From Polyangiales bacterium (GTDB taxonomy: Bacteria > Myxococcota_A > Polyangia > Polyangiales > Houyiibacteriaceae), in NCBI GenBank assembly GCA_045106895.1, contig JBGCFM010000086.1, forward strand, positions 28,645 to 92,644: a stretch of 64,000 nt of DNA, written 5' to 3'. Shown in pieces: positions 1 through 7,365 of the stretch (its first letter is position 1; each line of letters begins with the position of its first letter). The notes under the pieces are model-generated. The model worked only from the letters and a program-made list of their open reading frames with translations, made no database searches and was not told the origin of the DNA. Both the position numbers and the translations under genes were made by a program.

Positions 1-821
1 CGCAGCGACCGCAGGGGAACTTCGTCGAAGCGCCAGTCCCAAAGAACCATGCGGTGCATGAAACGGGTGTCGTGGGAGTCGCGGAGACGTGGCGTGACGG
101 ACATTCGCGATGGGACGAGCACGCCGCCGACGCGCTGGTGACGTGTGTAGGTGGAGGTGCCGCGGACAAAACGAAACTGCTCACGCACGGTGTACACGAC
201 GGCGCTTTGAACGAAGGTTTCGGCGTCGATGTAGACCACGAATTGGTCGTGGTCGGCGCTGGGCTCGTTGGACCAGCTGGCGTACACCTTATGGTGCATG
301 CGGCCGAAGCGCTCTTCTTCGCCGAGGTAGGCAACGACGGGCACGTCGCGCAATCGAAACGGAAGCTCGAGCAGAAACGCGACGGCGGGGACCATAAAGT
401 AGGCGTCGTCGTCTTGGTCGTCCTCTTCGTGGAAGGTCCGGCGTCCCGCGCTATTGCCGTCATAGGTTCGCCAGTTCTGAAGCCCGAGAACTTCACCAGC
501 GCGCTCCCCGGTTTCGAAGACATAGGCGCCGTCGAAGCCCCCGTTCGTCCATTGGAACTGCATCCGATCTTCGACGTCCCATCCAGGGTGCACGCCCATC
601 ATCGTGGCCATCACGCTGTCCCAATCGTCTCGCAACGTGACCGCCGTGGTCTCGTAGCGCTGCCAGGCGGCGTACCCGTGGACGTCAGCGCTTCGATGAA
701 GAAGAGCGCGTCCGCGCGCGGCGGATTCTTGGGAGATACCTCCGCGGAGTTCCGAAGGACGAAGGTCGCGAAGACATCCGCTGAGCGTAAGAGCCAACAA
801 GACTCCGAGTTTCCAGTTCAT
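1..821 (-). CDS. Hypothetical lipoprotein, 3' end runs off the window
   Basis: Not in the ORF track; translated by hand from ATG at 821 (MNWKLGVLLALTLSGCLRDLRPSELRGG...). Open to the window edge, lipobox LSGC, divergent from a LysR gene. Confidence 0.75.
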   Translation of the reverse strand, partial: MNWKLGVLLALTLSGCLRDLRPSELRGGISQESAARGRALLHRSADVHGYAAWQRYETTAVTLRDDWDSVMATMMGVHPGWDVEDRMQFQWTNGGFDGAYVFETGERAGEVLGLQNWRTYDGNSAGRRTFHEEDDQDDDAYFMVPAVAFLLELPFRLRDVPVVAYLGEEERFGRMHHKVYASWSNEPSADHDQFVVYIDAETFVQSAVVYTVREQFRFVRGTSTYTRHQRVGGVLVPSRMSVTPRLRDSHDTRFMHRMVLWDWRFDEVPLRSL

Positions 822-877
822 GGAGTCGACTCTGTGTCTCAGAGTCTTTCTTGATTAGTGGTAAAATACTGCGAACA

Positions 878-899
878 CATTCTCTGATAGTGAGATAAT
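878..899. promoter_or_regulatory. Putative LysR-type operator
   Basis: AT-rich dyad TCTC-N7-GAGA containing T-N11-A, just upstream of the LysR ATG in a divergent intergenic region. Confidence 0.4.
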
Positions 900-904
900 G
901 AGGC

Positions 905-1807
905 ATGAAAACAGAGAGTCTCGAGGAGCTTCGGGTGTTCGTCCAGGTCGTAGAGAGCATGAGCCTCACCGCCGCCGGGCGCGTCGTCGGCATGTCGACG
1001 AACACCGTGAGTCGGCGTCTCGCGCGTCTCGAAGAGCGCTTAGAGGTTTCGCTTCTCCAGCGAACAACACGCTCCCTCGGGCTCACGACGGAAGGGCGGC
1101 GATTCTACGAAAGTGCCGTTGGCATCCTTGAGGCGGTTCGCGCGGCGGAGGACGCCTTGGGACCGCTTCGGCCGTTCGAGGGAATCCTCCGAATTGCGCT
1201 CCCTACGCTCTTGGCGGACCTCGTCGCCGACGACCTCGCGGACTTCTGCGCAACGTACCCGCGGCTCTCCGTCGAACTTCTTGTTCGCGATTCAGCGCCT
1301 TCGATGGTGGAAGAGGGCATCGACCTGGCCTTTACCGTCGAGGCAAATATAGATCCATCTGTCGTCGAGCAGAACGCGGGTTCGCTCGGTGGCCACGTGG
1401 TGGCGTCGCCTGCCTACTTGGATCGCGAGGGCCGACCGTTGGATGTCGCGGAACTATCGAAGCATCGTTGTCTTCGTTTCCTTGGTCCGATCCCCGAGTC
1501 CGCCTGGGACCTCACGCGCGACGGGGTGCTTCATCGGGTGCCCGTGACGGGGACCTTCGCTGCGACGAGCAGCCGTGTCCTCGTTCGCGCGTGTGTGCTC
1601 GGTCTCGGAATCGGAATCGTGCCCACGGGAATCGCGCGCCCCCTCGAAGAGAGCGGCGCGCTAGAGCGCGTTCTGCCGACGTGGGAGACGAGGCGCTATG
1701 AACTAAGTGCGCGCTACCCTCCGAGCCGACGCGGTTCGGAAGTGATCCACGAAGTGATCCGGCTCGTCCGAGAGCGGATGGCGGAGCCTTCAATCAGCGG
1801 TTCTTAG
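905..1807 (+). CDS. LysR-family transcriptional regulator (CrgA/DmlR-like)
   Basis: N-terminal HTH (FVQVVESMSLTAAGR...VSRRLARLEERLEVSLLQRTTRSL), substrate-binding domain, 300 aa. Confidence 0.93.
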   Translation: MKTESLEELRVFVQVVESMSLTAAGRVVGMSTNTVSRRLARLEERLEVSLLQRTTRSLGLTTEGRRFYESAVGILEAVRAAEDALGPLRPFEGILRIALPTLLADLVADDLADFCATYPRLSVELLVRDSAPSMVEEGIDLAFTVEANIDPSVVEQNAGSLGGHVVASPAYLDREGRPLDVAELSKHRCLRFLGPIPESAWDLTRDGVLHRVPVTGTFAATSSRVLVRACVLGLGIGIVPTGIARPLEESGALERVLPTWETRRYELSARYPPSRRGSEVIHEVIRLVRERMAEPSISGS

Positions 1808-2862
1808 AGGACGCCGCGGCGTGCTTGGTCGCGCTCGATGCTGCGGAAAAGGGCACCGAAGTTCCCTTCACCAAAGGCGAGATGGTTCTCGCGCTGGATC
1901 ATCTCGATGAAGATGGGCCCGATGAGATTCCGCGTGAAAATCTGAAGCAGGTAACCCTCTTCGTCACCATCGACGAGCACCTGGTTCTTCTTGATGCGGG
2001 CGGGATCTTCACGGACACCGGGGACCCGGTCGAAGACGTTCGCGTAGTACTCGTCGTCGATGTCGAGAGTCTGGATCCGTGAGTCGCTGAGGCTTTCGAG
2101 GCTGGAGAGAAGGTCGCGACTGAGGAACGCGATGTGCTGGACGCCGGGGCCCTTGTACTCGCGAAGGTACTCGTTGATCTGGGACTTCTCTTCGTTGCCC
2201 TCATTGATTGGAATGCAGAAGCTGCCATCCGGCGAGCGAAGCGCGTAGCTCGTGAGGCCGGTCTTCGCGCCCTTGATGTCGAAGTAGCGAACCTCGGTGA
2301 AGCCGAAGACGTTTTTGTAGAAGTCCGCCCAGTGCTGCATCGTTCCCTTCTCAACGTTGTTCGTGAGGTGGTCGACGAGGAGGAACCCCTTCTCTTCGAC
2401 GACGTCTGGGTCATCGACGGAAAGGAACGCTGTGCGGTGAGTGCCTACCCAGTGCTTGCCCGCCTTGGCGGCGGTCTCAACGAAGTAGATGAGCGAGTCG
2501 CCGATGCCGTAGATGGCCGGGCAGCCGTAGATGCTCTCTCCTTCATAGGCCTTGGCGCCGCGCTCGACGGCGATGCGGTGTGCTTCCTTTGCGTCTTCAA
2601 CCTTCCAGCCCATGGCAGGAAGACTTGGACCGTGCGCCTTGGCGAACTCGCCGGAGAAGCCATTAGGCTCACGATTGACGAGAAACTCGATCTCGTTCTG
2701 TTCGTAGCGATGAATGTCGAGGGTCTGGTGGCGCTCCGTGCGAGAGAAGCCAAACGCCAAAAAGAGCTCATGGAGTGCCTGGGAATCAGGCCCGGCAAAC
2801 TCCAGAAAGGCGATGCCGCGGAGGCCACAAGGGTTTGTTTCGGCAGTTGTCTCGGTGCTCAT
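1804..2862 (-). CDS. hppD: 4-hydroxyphenylpyruvate dioxygenase
   Basis: DHLTNN, GPGVQHIAF and FIEMIQR iron ligands; C-terminal FGEGNFGALFRSIERDQARRGVL. Confidence 0.96.
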   Translation of the reverse strand: MSTETTAETNPCGLRGIAFLEFAGPDSQALHELFLAFGFSRTERHQTLDIHRYEQNEIEFLVNREPNGFSGEFAKAHGPSLPAMGWKVEDAKEAHRIAVERGAKAYEGESIYGCPAIYGIGDSLIYFVETAAKAGKHWVGTHRTAFLSVDDPDVVEEKGFLLVDHLTNNVEKGTMQHWADFYKNVFGFTEVRYFDIKGAKTGLTSYALRSPDGSFCIPINEGNEEKSQINEYLREYKGPGVQHIAFLSRDLLSSLESLSDSRIQTLDIDDEYYANVFDRVPGVREDPARIKKNQVLVDGDEEGYLLQIFTRNLIGPIFIEMIQRENHLAFGEGNFGALFRSIERDQARRGVL

Positions 2863-2918
2863 CAAAACACCCTACGGATGCCACTTGTTCAATGCCAATA
2901 GAATACTTCGTGGAAGTC

Positions 2919-2935
2919 GTTCATAATATTAGAAC
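2919..2935. promoter_or_regulatory. LysR operator between hppD and its divergent regulator
   Basis: Dyad GTTC-ATAATATTA-GAAC containing T-N11-A, 3 bp before the LysR ATG. Confidence 0.55.
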
Positions 2936-2938
2936 AAG

Positions 2939-3832
2939 ATGCTTTCCCTCGACCAACTCCGTGTTTTTGACGCGATCGACGAGCACGGCTCGTTCACCGC
3001 CGCCGCCAAAGAGCTCCGTCGTGCGACCAGCGCTCTGAGCTATTCGGTGCGAACCCTTGAAGAGAGCCTGGGGCTTACGCTCTTCGACCGATCGCAGCAC
3101 CGAGCGACGTTGACGGCGGAGGGGCGGCTGCTCGTGGCCGAAGCACGAAAAGTGCTCGAGCGAAGCGCGGAGTTTGAGCGGGCGGCTTCCCGGCTCAGGG
3201 AAGGCTGGGAGCCCCGCCTTGTCTTCGTGGTCGATGGCCTCGTGCCGCTGGGCCCCATCATGCGCGCTGTGCGTTCGTTCAAAGAGCTTGGCGCCGTGAC
3301 GCGCCTCGAAGTTCACGTGGAGAGCGTTCAGCAAGTGCGCCGACGCTTCTACGAACTCGATGCGAACTTCATGCTGAGTCTCGACCGGGTGGATGACGCA
3401 AGTGAGCGCGCGTTGCCAACACCACCGATGGAGCTGCTCCTGGTCGCGGAGGCCTCCCATCCGCTCGTGGAGGAGCAGCGGCGAGTGGCGCGCGACGAGC
3501 TCGCTCAGCACATTCAGGTGCGCGCGTCGGACTCCGTTGTACCGGGGCATCTGAGCGAGAGTGCGTTCACCTTCTCCGACGTCCGAGCCCAGCGTGAAGC
3601 TGTCTTAAGCGGCGTCGGTTTTGGCTGGCTGCCGCGTCACCTGATCCAAGACCAGATCCGCGCAGGCCAGCTCTCCATCGTCACCTTCGAGGAGGGCTTC
3701 CGGCTGCGGCGGATACCCCGCATTATCTACCGTCGTGACCGTCCACCGGGACGTGCGGGCACCGCGTTTATCGATGACGTTCGTGCCGAGATCGATCTCC
3801 TCGTCCGTGGTCCACGTCGGCGCGAGCGTTAG
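2939..3832 (+). CDS. LysR-family transcriptional regulator, probably of hppD
   Basis: LDQLRVFDAIDEHGSFTAAAKELRRATSALSYSVRTLEE HTH; divergent from hppD. Confidence 0.93.
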   Translation: MLSLDQLRVFDAIDEHGSFTAAAKELRRATSALSYSVRTLEESLGLTLFDRSQHRATLTAEGRLLVAEARKVLERSAEFERAASRLREGWEPRLVFVVDGLVPLGPIMRAVRSFKELGAVTRLEVHVESVQQVRRRFYELDANFMLSLDRVDDASERALPTPPMELLLVAEASHPLVEEQRRVARDELAQHIQVRASDSVVPGHLSESAFTFSDVRAQREAVLSGVGFGWLPRHLIQDQIRAGQLSIVTFEEGFRLRRIPRIIYRRDRPPGRAGTAFIDDVRAEIDLLVRGPRRRER

Positions 3833-3964
3833 GGTGTTCCACTAAGGGCGATGCGACTGCCAGTACATATACGCGGGCGAAAACGTGTCCTCTTCCGCCG
3901 CCGGAAGCGACGAGGATGTCGGAACGACGTCGCCCGCCGGCTCCCGCTATCTTCGGTACAGACC

Positions 3965-4026
3965 AAAAATAGAAAGAGCGCCGCGCGAAGGGGTCTGTTT
4001 CCCCAACGCTTGCGGCGCCGCTTCTT
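3965..4026 (-). terminator. Putative intrinsic terminator
   Basis: gcgccgc...gcggcgc stem with an A-tract on the + strand, just downstream of the minus-strand gene ending at 4042. Confidence 0.45.
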
Positions 4027-4041
4027 GTTCCCCAACTCTCG

Positions 4042-5361
4042 CTAGCGAATCGCGCGAATGCTGAAGGGGTAGGTCACATCGAAGGTTGTTCGCTGAAAGC
4101 GTGGGAAACGGGCCGTACGAACGACTCGCTCCATGCACGCTCCTTGGGGAGTGCCACCGAAGGGGCTGCCGCCGATATTTGCGCTGACGACCTGACCGTC
4201 GTTGTTCACACGAATGCGTGCCGTCGCCATGCCCTCTTGGTCCGCGGCGCACTGGCGCATGCGAGGCATGAGTCCGCCGAGCGCGCGGGTTACGGCGGCG
4301 CGGGAAGGCGTCTCGGGAAGCGAACTACGGTCCTCCATGGCCGGGGCCATCGTGGCCTCCGTCATGGTGCCGCCAGCGGTCGGCGTCCCACCAAGGGCAC
4401 GCGTGAGGAGGTCGTCCATGTCATCCATGGACGTTGACTGCTCCATGGTGGGCTCTTCGGCGGTTTCCGCTTCCATCGAAGGGGTCTCCGCCTCCGCCGT
4501 AGGCTCCGCCTCCATCGCCGTGGCCTCCGGGGTATCCGTGCTTGCGGCAGTCGTCGTCGCCATCGAGGTTCCGCGGCGACGTGCCCGCGGCTCGTCGCTT
4601 GTGGCAGCGGGCACAGCTTCAGGGGTGACTTCGGTCTCCCCAGGTTCGACAGCCTCGACGGCCTCCGCCTCTCCGGCTGGATTCTCATCCGACGCGGCTT
4701 CGACGACTTCATCCGTGCTCTCGGGCTCAGCTGCCTCGTCCGGAGTTGTCCCTCCGGCGGGCTCTGGCTCTTCTCGAGCCGCCGTCGCGGACGGTGGGTA
4801 GAGCGCGGCTTGCTCTTCAGGTTCGGGACTCTGCGTCAGCGCAAAGGCCACGCCGCCGATGCCGAGCAGCGCGATGAGTCCGATGAGCATCTTGCCGGAC
4901 CCGCCGGATTGAGGCTCCTCCACCGGCGCGACTGGCGCGACGGCTGCGACGGCCTTCTTTTCTTCTTTGGCCTCCTCTTTGGGCTCTGCGCTTTTGCCGG
5001 ACGACTTGCCCTTGGACTTGCCTTTTCCTTTGCCCTTTCCGGAGGACTTGCTCTTGGACTTGCCTTTGCCGGACGACTTGCCCTTGGAGGATTTCGCTTC
5101 CGAGCCTTTGGCGGAATCGGCGCTTGTTGCGGCTGCACCGCTCGCCATCGACACGCGACTGTCGTCATCGTCCTCGTCGTCGCTGGACTCATCGCTGGCA
5201 GGCGGCGCCATCGAGGCAGTGAGCGCCTTGAGATCGAGTGGGCCGTCGTCGTCGTCGTCGTCGTCGTCGTGCTCCTGGGTGGGGGGCAAGGACGGACGTG
5301 CGAGAGCCGCAAGCTGGTCGGCGTCAAACGCGGTGTCTTCTTCGGTACGATCTTCGCTCAC
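4042..5361 (-). CDS. AgmX/PglI(GltJ)-type C-terminal domain membrane protein
   Basis: Acidic and K/G/S-rich N-terminus, one TM helix, acidic/Met-rich linker, TonB-C-like C-terminus (MRQCA...ACMERVVRTARFPRF...VTYPF). GTG start. Confidence 0.75.
   Translation of the reverse strand: MSEDRTEEDTAFDADQLAALARPSLPPTQEHDDDDDDDDGPLDLKALTASMAPPASDESSDDEDDDDSRVSMASGAAATSADSAKGSEAKSSKGKSSGKGKSKSKSSGKGKGKGKSKGKSSGKSAEPKEEAKEEKKAVAAVAPVAPVEEPQSGGSGKMLIGLIALLGIGGVAFALTQSPEPEEQAALYPPSATAAREEPEPAGGTTPDEAAEPESTDEVVEAASDENPAGEAEAVEAVEPGETEVTPEAVPAATSDEPRARRRGTSMATTTAASTDTPEATAMEAEPTAEAETPSMEAETAEEPTMEQSTSMDDMDDLLTRALGGTPTAGGTMTEATMAPAMEDRSSLPETPSRAAVTRALGGLMPRMRQCAADQEGMATARIRVNNDGQVVSANIGGSPFGGTPQGACMERVVRTARFPRFQRTTFDVTYPFSIRAIR
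5245..5268. repeat. (GTC)8 trinucleotide repeat encoding poly-Asp
   Basis: Eight perfect gtc units within the 4042-5361 CDS. Confidence 0.85.
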
Positions 5362-5555
5362 GTGTTTTCCTGTCTCACGGAAGGGGGGAGCTGGCGCTCC
5401 GGGGGCGCTTTCCTAGCACGGCCTGTGAGCTTGCGCCCGGCGGCTGGCCTAGGGGCCCTAAGGCCAGGTTTTGAAGGTGTTCGCATCATGCTCTTGGACA
5501 CCGCATCTTCCCTCGTCTTGGGTGCCAAAGTCACAAAAGACGCTATATCGGCTTT

Positions 5556-6410
5556 ATGGCACTGCCTCTCATCGATTCCAGCGCTGCGCCCGCGGCCGAA
5601 GAGCGTCGTTACCGAACCCATCGGCGATTTGACCGTGCCGCCCGGCTCTTTGGCGAGCCGGCGCTCCATTCGCTGATGGATGCACGCGTACTCGTGGTCG
5701 GCATTGGAGGGGTTGGCTCCTTCGCTGCGGAGTCGTTGGCCCGAAGTGGCGTAGGAACACTGACGCTCATCGACTTCGACAAAGTCTGCATCACAAACAG
5801 CAATCGCCAGCTTCACGCCATGAAGGGCACGATCGGCAAGAGCAAAGTAGAGGTCATGGCGGAGCGCCTTCGTCTGGTTCACCCCACTTCGACGGTTGAG
5901 GCTGTGCAAAAGTTCTACTCGGAGTCGCTCAGCGAGGAGCTTCTGTCTGGCCGCATCGACTACGTCGTGGACGCCATCGACAATATTACTGCCAAGACGC
6001 ATCTCCTGGCGGCTTGTGTGCGCCGCGGCATACCGGTGGTTTCTTGCATGGGCGCGGCGGCCCGCCTCGACCCCACGGCGATCCGCGTGACGGACCTCGC
6101 GCTTACCTCGAAGGACCCCTTCGCTCGCTCCGTTCGAAAGATCCTCCACAAACACCACGGCATCGATTCGACGTCCCGTGAGCCTATTGGCATCCCCGCC
6201 GTGTACAGCGTCGAGCAACCGCGACTTCCCATCTCGCCTGCGTACGACGAGGGTCAGGGGTTCCGCTGTGTGTGTCCGGGCGGCAAGAACGGTCTGAACG
6301 ACTGCGACAATCGGAACCGAATTGATGGAAGCGCCAGCTTTGTTACTGGCGCCTTCGGCCTTGCTGCGGCGAGCGTCGTGGTCCGCCATTTCTGCGCTGA
6401 CCCGGCCTAG
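5556..6410 (+). CDS. tcdA: tRNA threonylcarbamoyladenosine dehydratase (ThiF/E1-like)
   Basis: GIGGVGS, DFDKVCITNSNRQ, VVDAID, SCMGAAARLDPT, DPFARSVRK, VYSVE, GSASFVTGAFG. Confidence 0.9.
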   Translation: MALPLIDSSAAPAAEERRYRTHRRFDRAARLFGEPALHSLMDARVLVVGIGGVGSFAAESLARSGVGTLTLIDFDKVCITNSNRQLHAMKGTIGKSKVEVMAERLRLVHPTSTVEAVQKFYSESLSEELLSGRIDYVVDAIDNITAKTHLLAACVRRGIPVVSCMGAAARLDPTAIRVTDLALTSKDPFARSVRKILHKHHGIDSTSREPIGIPAVYSVEQPRLPISPAYDEGQGFRCVCPGGKNGLNDCDNRNRIDGSASFVTGAFGLAAASVVVRHFCADPA

Positions 6411-6439
6411 TGCCCTAAGTCCGGCGGACTGGGCACTAG
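6407..6439. repeat. CTAG-bounded inverted repeat overlapping the tcdA stop
   Basis: ctagtgccc-ta-agtcc-ggc-ggact-gggcactag; no U-tract. Confidence 0.6.
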
Positions 6440-6497
6440 CGGCGACAAAACGCCCACAAAATCGCCTTTCTTCGAGAATTCTTCTTTGGGGGTGAAA

Positions 6498-6523
6498 GGA
6501 ACTCCCAAGCTCAGACGTTGTCT
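6498..6523 (+). promoter_or_regulatory. Putative ECF-sigma promoter
   Basis: GGAACT-N16-GTCT, 12 bp upstream of ATG 6536. Confidence 0.35.
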
Positions 6524-6535
6524 TCATGTCGGACG

Positions 6536-7213
6536 ATGGCGATGGATGACGAAATAGGGACAGGAACACGATGGGCAGCGCTCGCGATGATCGTCGGCGC
6601 CGTCATGGTCTCGCTCTACTTCTTCTCGGCGTTCGATTCGGATGGAGAGACCACGATGGCAGAGCGCATCGAGCGCTCGGCGGAGTCCAATCGCCGTCGC
6701 GGCCGACATGGGTCCAGCTGGTCCTCCTCCTCGGAGCGCCGGCGACGAGGGGAGGCAGGCACCTTCGCACCACCGGGGAGCGCTGAGACCGAGCCAGACC
6801 CGCAGCAGCGCGCCTACCAACGAAGCTTCTCCAGTGTCCCCGACGCTGGCGCTATGCCGCCCTTCGTGCCTTCGCTCCACATCGGGCGCCTCGCGTCCAT
6901 CACCGGCGACGCTCCCGCGGAAGAGGGCGCGCGTTGTGAAGTCCGCGTTCTTCCCGTCGCGGCGAACATCTTCAACTGCGTGGTCCGCGTGATGTGCGAC
7001 GGCGTCGTTCTCTACCCGGACGGCGCGCAGTCTGCGGGCTACGCGCCGTGTGCCGTCGAGGACGGAATCGTGACGCGCGCTGAAGATGAAGATGTCACGT
7101 CGGCCGACGGAGACCCCGCGCTTCATGTGGACCTCGCGGCGCGTCATGTGCGCGTCGTCGATGACGGACTCGGCCGAGACTTCTCCGCCACCATCGAACT
7201 TCGCCCCATCTAG
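6536..7213 (+). CDS. Hypothetical membrane-anchored protein with a Cys-containing extracytoplasmic domain
   Basis: N-terminal TM helix; C-terminal domain with four Cys (RCEV, NCVVRVMCDG, GYAPC) and a DGDP motif. Confidence 0.7.
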   Translation: MAMDDEIGTGTRWAALAMIVGAVMVSLYFFSAFDSDGETTMAERIERSAESNRRRGRHGSSWSSSSERRRRGEAGTFAPPGSAETEPDPQQRAYQRSFSSVPDAGAMPPFVPSLHIGRLASITGDAPAEEGARCEVRVLPVAANIFNCVVRVMCDGVVLYPDGAQSAGYAPCAVEDGIVTRAEDEDVTSADGDPALHVDLAARHVRVVDDGLGRDFSATIELRPI

Positions 7214-7347
7214 TCGCCCCATTTACCGGCGCCGCTGATCTCCAGCCGTCGAGAGCAGCTCCTCTTTGGTTCCGCGCACAAGAGCTGCCGAGCCGGGCGC
7301 GCTTTTCTGTTGGCACGAGGTAGCGCGGCTGCTACATCGCTCTTACT

Positions 7348-7365
7348 AATGAAAGTCGTTTTCAA
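7348..7365. promoter_or_regulatory. Fur-box-like palindrome over the receptor start codon
   Basis: TGAAAGT-C-GTTTTCA matches the 7-1-7 Fur motif TGATAAT-N-ATTATCA at 10/14; AT-rich in a GC-rich background. Confidence 0.55.

Noticed and set aside
54..854. 266-aa + strand ORF
   Set aside because: Antisense shadow of the minus-strand lipoprotein starting at 821, which has a lipobox and a divergent LysR context.
7311..7326. TGGCACG upstream of the TonB-dependent receptor as a sigma54 promoter
   Set aside because: The GC lies at N9 or N11 rather than the required GG-N10-GC.
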